From positions 1 through 62,976 of the forward strand of contig JADZEH010000015.1 in the NCBI GenBank assembly GCA_020850635.1: a stretch of 62,976 nt of DNA, in the 5' to 3' direction. Positions 8,279 through 18,128 of the stretch are shown in pieces. The DNA is from Candidatus Doudnabacteria bacterium. GTDB taxonomy: Bacteria > Patescibacteriota > Doudnabacteria > UBA920. Position 1 is the first letter of the stretch. Each line of letters starts with the position of its first letter. The translations under genes were made by a program, and so were the position numbers. Under the pieces are notes generated by a model, which ran no database searches, was not told the DNA's origin, and worked only from the letters and a program-made list of their open reading frames with translations.

Positions 8279-9307
8279 TTACCCAAACGTAAAGGTGAAA
8301 GCTTCCAGACCACTACCCGATATCTCTATAACAAGCTCGTGTTCAGTAACTGAATCTTCTTGAAATAGCGTATACAATTGGGAATCTTTCACCGTTACCG
8401 GAGTTTGTTCAATGTTGTTAATGAATATTTTTAGGGTTGAACCTTTAGTGCTACTGGCAACCATATGTACAGCACTCCCTTTGTACCGTAAACGTATTCG
8501 TCCTTTTTCAGACTGTAAAACAGCCTTTTCATTCTCAATGATCCACGTCCCTTCCAATTGATATTGATTCATCTCTTGACCATTGAGCAAGGTAAAGCGT
8601 TTGGCTACGCCAGGCGTGTAGGTCTGGGCCATATGTTCTTCGCGTGAGGAGCCGAAATACATTTCAGGGCTGCGTGGACCGCTCAAAGAAGGAAGCTCAA
8701 TTGCGTCTGCTCGTACATTAGGCGGATCAAGTTGTAATAGTTTCTGAATAGCTGCTTCAGTCTCTTCATAGTTACCTTCGCCAAAGTGAGTGTAAACAAT
8801 ATCACCATTTTGATTGATAAGGTATTTGGCTGGCCAGTAGCGGTTACTGTAAGCGTTCCAGGTCATGTAGTCGTTATCTTGTGCTACTGGATACTTGATG
8901 TTGTGACGCTTCAGTGCAGTCTCAACGTTCTTGGTCACAGCCTCAAAACCAAACTCAGGAGTGTGGATGCCGATAACAACCAAGCCATTGTCGCGATAGG
9001 TTTCATCCCAGTGAGTAATGTAGGGGAGAGTGCGGACACAGTTGATGCAGGAGTAGGTCCAGAAGTCGACTAGGACGACCTTACCACGCAACTCAGAGAG
9101 TTTTAAGGGTTCTGAGTTGAGCCATGTCCCAAGTCCGGTAAACTCAGGAGCTTTGCCGTAGTTTTTTAGCTCAACATCAATATCGCTATTGCTTGATTCG
9201 AGCATCTGGTTTGTAATTGCAGTGTGTGAATCTTTAGTCGCTTCAAGATAGATGCCAGCACCAATAATTAGCGCGACGACAATAAAAATGTATGGTAATG
9301 TTTTCAT
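8279..9307 (-). CDS. Membrane-anchored TlpA/redoxin-type thiol-disulfide oxidoreductase with C-terminal beta-rich domain (DipZ C-terminal-like)
   Basis: VVLVDFWTYSCINCVRTLPYI CxxC thioredoxin-fold motif. N-terminal TM helix. Sits downstream of ccdA. Confidence 0.8.
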   Translation of the reverse strand: MKTLPYIFIVVALIIGAGIYLEATKDSHTAITNQMLESSNSDIDVELKNYGKAPEFTGLGTWLNSEPLKLSELRGKVVLVDFWTYSCINCVRTLPYITHWDETYRDNGLVVIGIHTPEFGFEAVTKNVETALKRHNIKYPVAQDNDYMTWNAYSNRYWPAKYLINQNGDIVYTHFGEGNYEETEAAIQKLLQLDPPNVRADAIELPSLSGPRSPEMYFGSSREEHMAQTYTPGVAKRFTLLNGQEMNQYQLEGTWIIENEKAVLQSEKGRIRLRYKGSAVHMVASSTKGSTLKIFINNIEQTPVTVKDSQLYTLFQEDSVTEHELVIEISGSGLEAFTFTFG

Positions 9308-9309
9308 GA

Positions 9310-10023
9310 TTATTCTAGTACTCCTCGTTCAATGCTGGTGAAGTCGTAGAATTCAAGAATTTTGGCTTGGATTAAGACATCATACTGAAAGTACATCGCT
9401 ATCGCGGAAAGGATAATCAGAACTCCAAAAATTTGTTGGATGAGTGTAGTGTATTTGGCAATGGCGCGAATTCGTGTGGTGATAAATTGGCCACCGTAAG
9501 CAACGATGAGCATTGGGATACCAGCACCAACAGCGTAAGCAATGAGGAGAATTCCTGCACGAGCTAAATCACTTTGGCTAATAACTAAAGTGAGGATGGA
9601 GCCAAGGACTGGACCAGCGCAAGGGGTCCAAATAATCCCGAGCATCATGCCGAGAATAAACCCACCACCGTTGCCCTTACCGGCTGTTGTTCCAAGCACG
9701 CTAGCTTTGTTGATGTATTTACTCAGATGTACAGTAAGTTTTTGAAATGGTGCAGGCCAGACCATAAAGATACCGAATATACCTAAACCGTAAATAGCGA
9801 TGCGTCGTAAGGCATCCGGAGCAACGTGGAGCTGGGTTGTAAGGAACGACAAGAACATCGCCACCAATGCGAAGGTCAAGATGAACCCGAGGGTAATAAA
9901 TAAGGGTCTGGTGTGGCTTTTTCGGCCAACTGATGCTCCAAGTAAAATAGGGAGCAGGGGAAGGATGCACGGTGCTCCAATAGTTAGGATTCCGGCAATG
10001 ATTGCTAAGGCAATTTCAAGCAT
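9310..10023 (-). CDS. ccdA: Cytochrome c biogenesis/DsbD-family transmembrane electron transporter CcdA
   Basis: Six TM segments with the two conserved Cys motifs GAPCILPLLP and WTPCAGPVLG. Confidence 0.85.
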   Translation of the reverse strand: MLEIALAIIAGILTIGAPCILPLLPILLGASVGRKSHTRPLFITLGFILTFALVAMFLSFLTTQLHVAPDALRRIAIYGLGIFGIFMVWPAPFQKLTVHLSKYINKASVLGTTAGKGNGGGFILGMMLGIIWTPCAGPVLGSILTLVISQSDLARAGILLIAYAVGAGIPMLIVAYGGQFITTRIRAIAKYTTLIQQIFGVLIILSAIAMYFQYDVLIQAKILEFYDFTSIERGVLE

Positions 10024-10031
10024 AGTGTTTG

Positions 10032-10571
10032 TTATTTTAAGTTTTGTTTTAAGGCGTCGATGTCACCGCCACTCCATTTGGTTACGAAGTTTCGGTCAGC
10101 ATCAATTTGGACGAAAGTATGTTGATAGGTGATGCCGTAAGTTTTTTTAAGGTCATCACTTTTGTCGTAGTTAACTCTAAGCACAGAAACGCCCACAGGG
10201 ATTTCACTGAGTTTGTTACGAAAGGCTTGATCCGCTGCCTTACAGAACGGACACCATGAAGCAGTGAAGTAAAGCACAACTTTATTACCTTCTCGAAGCT
10301 CACGTTCGAGTATGTCAGGAGTATAGTCGATATACTTACCAGCTTGGCCGTTAGGGTTAGTATTTGGGCCGGTGTTGTTTGAGTTTGTGTTGTTTGAAGT
10401 TTGATTCGTGTTTGTTTTTGAGGCGCTTGGATCACCACTTTGTGTAGCGACAATAATGATTGCACCAATAACAATAACGCTCAAAACTCCGAAGATAATA
10501 ACGATTGGTTTCATAAAGTTTTTGTTACTTGTATGATACCTATTTTTCGCTGATATTACCAATTGACTCAT
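10032..10571 (-). CDS. Membrane-anchored thioredoxin-like protein
   Basis: TM helix, an N/T-rich linker, and a WCPFC active site. An alternative start at 10514 (MKPIVIIF) is possible. Confidence 0.8.
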   Translation of the reverse strand: MSQLVISAKNRYHTSNKNFMKPIVIIFGVLSVIVIGAIIIVATQSGDPSASKTNTNQTSNNTNSNNTGPNTNPNGQAGKYIDYTPDILERELREGNKVVLYFTASWCPFCKAADQAFRNKLSEIPVGVSVLRVNYDKSDDLKKTYGITYQHTFVQIDADRNFVTKWSGGDIDALKQNLK

Positions 10572-10646
10572 TTTTTAACGGTTTTTTACGCCTCACCTTA
10601 AATATGTTATATTTAAGGTGAAATAAACCTTTATAGATATAAACAT

Positions 10647-12131
10647 ATGGATAATGACATGAGCATAGGTGAGTTGTTTAAACAGGCCAGGAAACAGGAG
10701 ATCGCAGCTCGAGAAAAAGCTGCACATGATCAGCGAATGATTGATGATAAAAAGGTGGATGAAAGAGTGGGGGAGATATATTCAACAGCTCAAGAGCGAC
10801 AGGAGTTTTCGACTAAGTTACAAAAAGCTGATGAGGAGAATAACAGGCGTTTAGAAAAAGCAAAAATTTATGAAGATGAAATTTCTTCATTGGAAAAAAA
10901 TCGTGCAGAGGCTCAAGCAAAAATTGAAAGTGAAGAGGTGGATGATGCAGCCAAGGAAACGTATCGAAAAATACTTGAAATAGTAGATTTGAGATTAAGC
11001 GAGGCCGAAACCAAGAAAGCTGGTGTTCAGGAGGAGATAGGCAAGAGCCAGTCTGAAATGGATGCTAGCGCCGAGGATCTAAAAAAGAAAATTCAGAAAG
11101 ACAAAGAAACACTTGGATTTGATTCCGATGTTCATAATGTTTTATCTGAGATTGAAAACAGGCGTTATATTGAACAACATAAAACAGAGATTAGCTCTTT
11201 AACTGAAGAGCTGCTTAAAATTTATCAACTTTCGAATAATTCTGGGGAAACATTTATTCGACCACCGGTTGATATGATACGAAGACTCCAAGAACTAATG
11301 AGGTATCCATTGGCGTTCGAAGAGGTGTATAAAGCAGTTAGTAAAAACAAGCCCTCACTAGTGAGAGCTAAGTTTGATGTGGAAGGAAATCCTCCTAATT
11401 TACAGGGAATGCATGATAGTCTTGCCAGTGATCCATTATTTAAAGGGTTGTCTAAAGTTGATTCTAAAGTGAATGCAGTAATCAACAGAGCGATAGCAAA
11501 TCCTGATATGACCACTGAAGAAATTCTGGCTGAATTAGGAAGTAAGTATGAGCCTGAAGTATTGGCTACTGTGCAAGAAGATGCCAATAAGGAAAACGAC
11601 CAAAGAGAACGACAGAAGAAAATCGAAAAAGAGAAAGCTCTCATAAAGTATTTAGAGGAGATAGTTGAAGATTTAAGAACTAGACTCGTGAAATATGAAG
11701 TGGCCTCTCGTTTTAGGAGTTTGGAAAATAGGATTAAAGAATTATCAAGAGATATTAACCGTAAAAATGACGAAATAAGCAAGATAGAATATAGTAGAGG
11801 AAAATGGAAATCAGAGTTAGAGGCTGTAGAAAAAGATAAGACACTCTTTGGGAACATAAGGGACAAAAATAAGCAGCTCGAATTACAGCAAAAGATTAAA
11901 GAAGCTCCATTAGAGGCTCTTATCGCAGAACGTGATTCATTGCAAGTAAAAATTGATGGCCTGAGATTAGAGCAACAAAAGCTTGAAGGTGAGTTGCGAG
12001 AAAAAAAAGTGGATTCTGCTTATTTTCCGCCAGATATTAACCAAGCAGTACAAACCGTTCATGCCGATATAAGAGAAAAACAAAAGTGGCTTGAAGAATC
12101 TCAGAAAACAATTGATGAGTTGGAGCAATAA
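10647..12131 (+). CDS. K/E-rich coiled-coil protein, 494 aa (function unknown)
   Basis: Long uninterrupted ORF with host-like composition and heptad-like charged sequence. Confidence 0.7.
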   Translation: MDNDMSIGELFKQARKQEIAAREKAAHDQRMIDDKKVDERVGEIYSTAQERQEFSTKLQKADEENNRRLEKAKIYEDEISSLEKNRAEAQAKIESEEVDDAAKETYRKILEIVDLRLSEAETKKAGVQEEIGKSQSEMDASAEDLKKKIQKDKETLGFDSDVHNVLSEIENRRYIEQHKTEISSLTEELLKIYQLSNNSGETFIRPPVDMIRRLQELMRYPLAFEEVYKAVSKNKPSLVRAKFDVEGNPPNLQGMHDSLASDPLFKGLSKVDSKVNAVINRAIANPDMTTEEILAELGSKYEPEVLATVQEDANKENDQRERQKKIEKEKALIKYLEEIVEDLRTRLVKYEVASRFRSLENRIKELSRDINRKNDEISKIEYSRGKWKSELEAVEKDKTLFGNIRDKNKQLELQQKIKEAPLEALIAERDSLQVKIDGLRLEQQKLEGELREKKVDSAYFPPDINQAVQTVHADIREKQKWLEESQKTIDELEQ

Positions 12132-12147
12132 GTATAAACAGACTTAA

Positions 12148-12174
12148 TTAGCACTCTGCTTGACAGAGTGCTAA
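12148..12174 (+). promoter_or_regulatory. CIRCE operator (HrcA binding site) of the hrcA-grpE-dnaK operon
   Basis: TTAGCACTC-TGCTTGACA-GAGTGCTAA is a perfect match to the consensus TTAGCACTC-N9-GAGTGCTAA. Confidence 0.9.
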
Positions 12175-12218
12175 TTTTTGTTTACAATTTATTTATTACC
12201 AGTCAGGTACCAAAACCT

Positions 12219-12974
12219 ATGGAACATAAGCCAGAAATCACTTCTCGGCAAGCTAAAATACTAGCCGCAATTGTTAAGGAAAACTGTGAAAGCGGTGAGC
12301 CAGTAGCTAGTCGTGACCTCGTGGAGAAATACAGCTTTGAGCTCAGTCCAGCGACTATCCGCAATGAAATGGCAGCTCTAGAAGAGAATGGGTATATTAC
12401 TCAGCCTCATACTTCTGCTGGACGTGTTCCAACCGATATCGGTTTCCGTTATTTCCTCAACGAATTAATGGATCGAGTAAAGCTTTCTATCAAAGAGCAA
12501 GATCGGTTACGTCATGAGATTGTAAAGCTTCAAGCCGTGAACGCTGAAACTGGTAGACGATTGGCTAAGCTTCTTTCCGATAACAGTGAACAAGCCTCGT
12601 TTGCCTTGTTTCCGGAAGAGACTTCGACAGTTGGCTTGTCTAAAATTTTACAGAACCCCACACTGCCACCAGAAGATGCTCGTGAGATTGCTCGTTTCTT
12701 CGATGAAATTGATCAGTACTCCGAAGGCATGATTCATGAATATGGTGACAAGAAGCCAGAAGCATATGTTGGTAAGGAATTACACTTGTCAACCATGTCA
12801 GATTACTCAATGATCGTTTCTGGATTGACTTTACCATCAGGTAAAAAAGGTGTGGTTGGACTAATTGGTCCAAAAAACATGAAGTACGAAAAAAACCTGT
12901 CGCTCATGGAATATATTTCCAAATTATTAGGCGGAGGCGCAGGAGTTATCCTAATCTTTATCATCACAAGATAA
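12219..12974 (+). CDS. hrcA: Heat-inducible transcription repressor HrcA (short form)
   Basis: N-terminal winged-helix region (ATIRNEMAALEENGYITQPHTSAGRVPT). Start moved to the ATG at 12219 because the longer ORF would run across CIRCE. Confidence 0.85.
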   Translation: MEHKPEITSRQAKILAAIVKENCESGEPVASRDLVEKYSFELSPATIRNEMAALEENGYITQPHTSAGRVPTDIGFRYFLNELMDRVKLSIKEQDRLRHEIVKLQAVNAETGRRLAKLLSDNSEQASFALFPEETSTVGLSKILQNPTLPPEDAREIARFFDEIDQYSEGMIHEYGDKKPEAYVGKELHLSTMSDYSMIVSGLTLPSGKKGVVGLIGPKNMKYEKNLSLMEYISKLLGGGAGVILIFIITR

Positions 12975-12975
12975 T

Positions 12976-13503
12976 ATGTCAGACAAAACTATAGACGAAC
13001 AAGACGACTTACAAGAACAAGAGGTTGGTGGGGAAGATGTCCAGCAGCTCAAAGCTGATCTCGACACTGCTCAGTCCGAAGCCTTAAAAAATTTAGATGG
13101 GTGGCGTCGCACCCAAGCCGACTTTGAAAACTATCAGCGTCGCAAAGAAGGGGAGAACAAAGAATTGATTGAGTTTGCCCGCGAAGTCGCGGTAGCAAAA
13201 CTTCTTCCAACACTCGACACGCTTCAGCAAGGTCTGCTTCATGTCCCAGATGATCTATCTAAGATGGACGAATGGAAAAACGGCATGGCTGGCACACTCA
13301 AACAGCTCGATTCAGTACTAGCAGAGCTGGGTGTGAAAAAGATTGAAGCCGTTGGTAAAAAGTTTGATCCACATTTCCATGAAGCTGTCCGCGAAGTCCC
13401 TGGTGATGAAGACGGTGTAGTGGTCGAGGAGTATCAAACTGGCTATGAATTAAACGGTAAGGTTATAAGGCCAAGTCAGGTAGTAATTTCTAAGAAAAGC
13501 TAA
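12976..13503 (+). CDS. grpE: Nucleotide exchange factor GrpE
   Basis: GrpE coiled-coil plus beta domain (WRRTQADFENYQRR; GYELNGKVIRPSQV). Confidence 0.92.
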   Translation: MSDKTIDEQDDLQEQEVGGEDVQQLKADLDTAQSEALKNLDGWRRTQADFENYQRRKEGENKELIEFAREVAVAKLLPTLDTLQQGLLHVPDDLSKMDEWKNGMAGTLKQLDSVLAELGVKKIEAVGKKFDPHFHEAVREVPGDEDGVVVEEYQTGYELNGKVIRPSQVVISKKS

Positions 13504-13527
13504 TTTATAAATAAGGAGTTAACAACT

Positions 13528-15426
13528 ATGAGTAAAATTATTGGAATCGACCTCGGTACTTCAAACAGTGCCGCCAGTGTTATGGAAGGTGGAAAGCCGG
13601 TTATCATCCCGGCAGCTGAAGGCGCCTCTTTGGGTGGTAAAGCCTTTCCATCATATGTCGCGTTTACAAAAGAAGGTGAACTGTTAGTTGGTGAGCCAGC
13701 GCGTCGTCAGGCCGTCACTAATCCAGAAGGCACTATTTTTGAAGCCAAACGCAAAATGGGTACTAAGTTTAAGTACACCGTTAACGGTAAAGACTACGCC
13801 CCAGAGCAAATCAGTGCCTTTATTCTACAAAAGATTAAAAAGGATGCAGAAAGTTACTTAGGTGACAAAGTAGAAAAGGCAGTTATTACTGTCCCTGCAT
13901 ATTTTGATGATGCACAGCGCCAAGCCACAAAGCATGCTGGTGAAATCGCTGGCCTTGAAGTTGTCCGCGTTATCAACGAACCTACTGCCGCTGCGTTCGC
14001 TTACGGTTTAGACAAGTCTGGTGCCAAAGACCAAAAGATTTTAGTGTTTGACCTTGGTGGTGGTACCCTCGACGTTACCATCATGGACTTCGGTGAAGTC
14101 GATGGGCAAGCCACATTCGAAGTACTTGCTACTTCTGGTGATACTTCTCTTGGTGGTAAGGATATGGACCAAGCTTTGATTGATAACATCACCAAAACGT
14201 TTAAAGATGAAAGTGGGATTGATGTTACTGCTGACAAAATGGCTATGAACCGTGTTCGTGAAGCTGCTGAAAAAGCCAAGATTGAACTTTCAACTACGCT
14301 TGAAACTGAATTGAACTTACCGTTCATTACTGCTGATGCTTCTGGTCCAAAACATTTGCAAATGAAGATTACTCGAGCCAAGCTTGAAGATCTTGTTAAA
14401 CCAATTGTTGACCGTATGCGTAAGCCAGTTGAACAGGCGATTACAGACGCTAAACTCACTCCACAGCAAATCGAAAAGATTATTATGATCGGTGGTCCAA
14501 CTCGTATGCCCGTTGTCACCAAGTTCGTTGAAGACTACGTCGGTAAGCAAATTGAACGTGGTGTTGACCCGATGGAAGCTGTGGCTAAAGGTGCGGCTAT
14601 CCAAGCTGGAGTTATGTCTGGTGATGTTCAGGGTAAAGAAATCTTGCTTCTCGATGTTACACCACTTACCTTAGGTCTAGAAACCTTAGGTGGGGTTCGT
14701 ACACCAATTATTGATCGTAACACAACCGTTCCAACCTCAAAGAGTCAGGTCTTTTCTACCGCTGCTGATAATCAAACTTCTGTAGAAATTCATATCTTAC
14801 AGGGTGAACGTGAATTTGCTAGCGACAACAAAGATCTTGGCCGCTTTATTCTCGATGGTATTCCACCAGCACCACGAGGCGTTCCTCAAGTTGAAGTCAC
14901 TTTTGACATTGATGCTAACGGTATCTTAACTGTTAAAGCTAAAGACAAAGCTACGAACAAAGAACAGCACATTACGATTCAGGGTTCATCTTCTTTGTCT
15001 AAAGAAGAAGTTGAAACGATGAAAAAGCAAGCTGAAGAACATGCATCTGAAGATCGTAAGCGTCGCGAAACTGTTGATGTCCGTAATCAAGCCGACACCT
15101 TGTTAGCTGTCTCTGAAAAAACTTTGAAAGACGCTGGTGATAAAGCTAAGGCTGAAGACAAAGCTGAAGTGGAAGCCAAGATGCAGGCTTTGAAAGACAT
15201 CAAAGATAAAGATGATGTTGAGCCAATCAAAAAAGCGATTGATGAACTATCTGCAGCTATTCAAAAAGTTGGTGCGTCTATGTACGAAGGTCAGCAAGGC
15301 GCCGCACCAGCAGGGGATGCAGCTCAGGGTGCAGAAGCTACTTCTGGTGAAGAAAAACCAGTAGATGCTGAATATACTGAAGTTAAGGACGAAGGAGCAG
15401 AAGCTCCAAAAGAAGAAGGGAAATAA
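13528..15426 (+). CDS. dnaK: Molecular chaperone DnaK (Hsp70)
   Basis: [19 protein letters not shown] and the full Hsp70 architecture. SD is AAGGAG. Confidence 0.98.
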   Translation: MSKIIGIDLGTSNSAASVMEGGKPVIIPAAEGASLGGKAFPSYVAFTKEGELLVGEPARRQAVTNPEGTIFEAKRKMGTKFKYTVNGKDYAPEQISAFILQKIKKDAESYLGDKVEKAVITVPAYFDDAQRQATKHAGEIAGLEVVRVINEPTAAAFAYGLDKSGAKDQKILVFDLGGGTLDVTIMDFGEVDGQATFEVLATSGDTSLGGKDMDQALIDNITKTFKDESGIDVTADKMAMNRVREAAEKAKIELSTTLETELNLPFITADASGPKHLQMKITRAKLEDLVKPIVDRMRKPVEQAITDAKLTPQQIEKIIMIGGPTRMPVVTKFVEDYVGKQIERGVDPMEAVAKGAAIQAGVMSGDVQGKEILLLDVTPLTLGLETLGGVRTPIIDRNTTVPTSKSQVFSTAADNQTSVEIHILQGEREFASDNKDLGRFILDGIPPAPRGVPQVEVTFDIDANGILTVKAKDKATNKEQHITIQGSSSLSKEEVETMKKQAEEHASEDRKRRETVDVRNQADTLLAVSEKTLKDAGDKAKAEDKAEVEAKMQALKDIKDKDDVEPIKKAIDELSAAIQKVGASMYEGQQGAAPAGDAAQGAEATSGEEKPVDAEYTEVKDEGAEAPKEEGK

Positions 15427-15470
15427 AAAAAGTAGAGCAGACGGCGCGCTTCTCAGCGGGCTATCTGCTC
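15424..15470 (-). terminator. Intrinsic terminator of cassette B (minus strand)
   Basis: GAGCAGA (15435-15441) / TCTGCTC (15464-15470) closes a G+C-rich hairpin, followed on the minus strand by a T-run (15424-15431). Confidence 0.5.
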
Positions 15471-15655
15471 GATTGGTAGCCTAGTCAGGGCTAATGTTTG
15501 TGTGTGGATGTCACACTGCGTAAGTGGGATCTACCCACCCCTCCTTTCCTCTAGTAGTGAGGGTAACACCCAGGCGTATCAGAGGGCGATTATATCTGCT
15601 GCCTGCGCCGACTGACACAACAAGCCCCACCTCCTTTCAGGCCTGACCGTAGCAG

Positions 15656-15874
15656 TCACTGACCGCAGGGATTGCGACGATCGCGATCCCCAGAGCGAGC
15701 TGCAGGATTCTCATCCTGCGTCGCAGTGCTTTCTTCAGTCGTGACATCTTCATGACCGTAGCCCTCCGTGGTGATGGGGAACACGAATGCTCCACTTTGA
15801 ATAACTTCCCGAATTGGCGTTCTCCGAGCGCGCATCGGGAGCGTGCTATCTGATTTCTGGTAATCTTTTGACAC
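15656..15874 (-). CDS. Hypothetical small protein, about 72 aa (G+C-rich cassette B)
   Basis: GTG start with AGGAGA 5 nt upstream. The ORF track's longer version starts in A+T-rich DNA without an SD. Confidence 0.4.
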   Translation of the reverse strand: MSKDYQKSDSTLPMRARRTPIREVIQSGAFVFPITTEGYGHEDVTTEESTATQDENPAARSGDRDRRNPCGQ

Positions 15875-15938
15875 GGCTCTCTCCTGTCGAGCAGAATCGA
15901 TCAAAATAACACCCTTAGTATAAATTAAATTGAACAAT

Positions 15939-16235
15939 ATGGAAAATACTCAACAACCCGGCAAGCAGCTCCAAGTTAAGGTCAATGATGACATTTTAAA
16001 AGGGGTTTATGCCAACATGCTCCAGATTGGTCACACTCAGGAAGAATTTGTGTTAGACTTTATGAACGTTTATCCACCAGCTGGTACACTTAACAGCCGT
16101 ATTATTGTAAGTCCAGCACACATGAAGCGCATTGTAGCCGCGCTTCAGGACAACTTGAAGAAATACGAAAAACAGTTTGGAACTGTTGAAAGCTCAGCTC
16201 AGCCAGAACAGCACATTGGTTTCAAGACCGAGTAA
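15939..16235 (+). CDS. DUF3467-family protein
   Basis: VYANMLQIGHTQEEFVLDF...SRIIVSPAHMKRIVAALQDNLKKYE pattern. Typical position next to dnaK/dnaJ. Confidence 0.75.
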   Translation: MENTQQPGKQLQVKVNDDILKGVYANMLQIGHTQEEFVLDFMNVYPPAGTLNSRIIVSPAHMKRIVAALQDNLKKYEKQFGTVESSAQPEQHIGFKTE

Positions 16236-16253
16236 CTACCACGCTCAATTTAA

Positions 16254-17411
16254 ATGGCCCAAAAAGATTTTTACGATATTCTAGGAGTGAGTAAGTCTGC
16301 AACCGCAGATGAGATTAAACGCGCCTATCGCAAGAAGGCTCATGAGTATCATCCTGATAAAGGCGCTGGCAACGAAGACAAGTTCAAAGAAGCCAGTGAA
16401 GCCTATCAAGTTCTTTCTAATGAAGAACAACGTAAGCAGTATGATCAGTATGGTCAAACTTTCGATCAAGCTCAGCGCAATGGCCAAGGGTTTGGTGGTG
16501 GCGCTGGTGGTTTTGGTGGTGGTGATCCGTTCGCGGGTTTCGGTTTTGGCGGAAACAACGGCGGAGTAGAATTCGACTTCGGTGATATCTTTGGCGACAT
16601 GTTTGGCGGTAGCCAGAGACAAGCCCGCCGTTCTCGTGGGGTTGATTTAGAAATGCCGATTAGTGTGACCTTTGAAGAGTCGATGTTTGGTGTGGAAAAA
16701 GAGATCACTCTTGAAAAGAAAGATACGTGTGCACGATGTAAAGGCAATGGAGCTGAGGAAGGCACCAAGATCGTAACGTGTACTAAGTGTCATGGTCAGG
16801 GTCAGATTAACACTCAACGCCGTACTATTTTTGGCAACATAAATTCAGCTGTCACTTGTGACTTATGTGACGGTGATGGCAAAATTCCTGAAACCCCATG
16901 TACGGAGTGTAAGGGTAGTGGTATCAAGCGTCAGCAAAAGACTTTGCAAGTTAAAATTCCCGCCGGGATTGATAATGGTCAGCGCATTCGCATTAATGGT
17001 GAAGGTGAGGTTGGTTACAAAGGCAGTAACCATGGTGACCTATATTTGCTGGTTCGAGTCACTCCATCCAAAGACTATATTCGTGATGGCCATAACTTGC
17101 TCAAAACCATTCCAATTAGTTTTTCGCAAGCCGCGCTCGGGACGAAAGTTATGGTTGAAACAATTGATGGTAAAATTGAACTCAAGATCCCCGCTGGTAC
17201 GCAGTCGGGGAAGATTTTCCGGGTTGGTGGTAAAGGGGTCCAATATGTTAACAGTGGTAAACGAGGTGACTTACTTGTCACAGTTCGCGTGGTTGTTCCA
17301 AGCAAGCTGACTAAGAAGGAATCAGAGCTTCTTAAGGATTTGTCGAAGCTAGCAGGGGAGACAACGGAAGTGAACAAAAGCTTCTGGGAACAAATCAAAG
17401 ACCAGTTTTAA
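16254..17411 (+). CDS. dnaJ: Co-chaperone DnaJ
   Basis: J domain with HPD, a G/F-rich linker, and four CxxCxGxG zinc motifs. Confidence 0.97.
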   Translation: MAQKDFYDILGVSKSATADEIKRAYRKKAHEYHPDKGAGNEDKFKEASEAYQVLSNEEQRKQYDQYGQTFDQAQRNGQGFGGGAGGFGGGDPFAGFGFGGNNGGVEFDFGDIFGDMFGGSQRQARRSRGVDLEMPISVTFEESMFGVEKEITLEKKDTCARCKGNGAEEGTKIVTCTKCHGQGQINTQRRTIFGNINSAVTCDLCDGDGKIPETPCTECKGSGIKRQQKTLQVKIPAGIDNGQRIRINGEGEVGYKGSNHGDLYLLVRVTPSKDYIRDGHNLLKTIPISFSQAALGTKVMVETIDGKIELKIPAGTQSGKIFRVGGKGVQYVNSGKRGDLLVTVRVVVPSKLTKKESELLKDLSKLAGETTEVNKSFWEQIKDQF

Positions 17412-17429
17412 AGATTTTAGTCTGAGTAG

Positions 17430-17500
17430 AGCCGGAGTAGTGTCGTTAAGAAAACCATCGGAGCAAAGCGACTGGTTTTAGTACAACACCACTCCGGCTT
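17430..17500 (+). repeat. Structured intergenic repeat, copy 1 (gene-3'-end hairpin element)
   Basis: Core GTTAAGAAAACCATCGGAGCAAAGCGACTGGTTTTAGTACAAC lies inside the outer stem GCCGGAGTAGTGT/ACACCACTCCGGC. Also found at 31000-31064 (-) and 60859-60926 (+). Confidence 0.8.
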
Positions 17501-17578
17501 TAATGTTTTTGTTGCTATGGCTTGTCATATGGTATAATACAGTTACTAAATTCACAGCGAAACAAAATCTAAAAACAA

Positions 17579-18127
17579 ATGGAGCAAGTACAATATATTC
17601 AAGACTTAGTTAAGGCTTTTAACTGGTATACCCCCAGCTGGGATCTATTTATTATCCTTGGTTGGCTGGTGGCCAGCGTGATGTATGCTTTTGCGGCTGG
17701 TAGGGGTCGTATTCTGACAGTACTTATTAGTATCTTTATGGCCAAGCTTTTAGTCATAGAAGCCCCGTTCTTAAGTACTGAAGTTGCTGGTCGTTTGAAC
17801 GTTGCGACATTATCTCTGCAACAACTAGCTACTTTCGGCATTTTGTTCGTAATTTTCTTTGTCTTTTTAGGCCGTTATATCTTTAAGACTTCTGCTGATA
17901 CTAAGCAAGTTCGCGGCCTTATCTTTAGTTTGGTCTTCGCGGTTCTACAAGTTGGTCTTTTAGTAAGCACTATACTCAACATGCTTCCTTTACACGTTAA
18001 AGACAGCTTCTCTGTGCTTATTAATACCATATTTATAAACGACACAGCGGCGTTTATCTGGCTTCTTCTCCCAGCAGCTTTCTTAGTTGTTTTGGGAAGA
18101 TTTGTATCTGACAACGTTGAGACTTAG
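17579..18127 (+). CDS. Integral membrane protein, 182 aa (4-5 TM helices; function unknown)
   Basis: Hydrophobic segments throughout. An extended -10 (TGGTATAAT) lies upstream. Confidence 0.7.
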   Translation: MEQVQYIQDLVKAFNWYTPSWDLFIILGWLVASVMYAFAAGRGRILTVLISIFMAKLLVIEAPFLSTEVAGRLNVATLSLQQLATFGILFVIFFVFLGRYIFKTSADTKQVRGLIFSLVFAVLQVGLLVSTILNMLPLHVKDSFSVLINTIFINDTAAFIWLLLPAAFLVVLGRFVSDNVET

Positions 18128-18128
18128 T

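Noticed and set aside
11225-11866. 213-aa ORF antisense to the coiled-coil gene
   Set aside because: Its low-complexity S/L/F-rich translation is typical of the reverse frame of a K/E-rich gene. It has no SD.
12168-12218. 17-residue N-terminal extension of hrcA
   Set aside because: It would start inside the CIRCE operator. The ATG at 12219 gives the conserved HrcA N-terminus.
14001-14604. ORFs antisense to dnaK (173 aa and 95 aa)
   Set aside because: They lie entirely within a highly conserved Hsp70 coding region on the opposite strand, with no translation signals.
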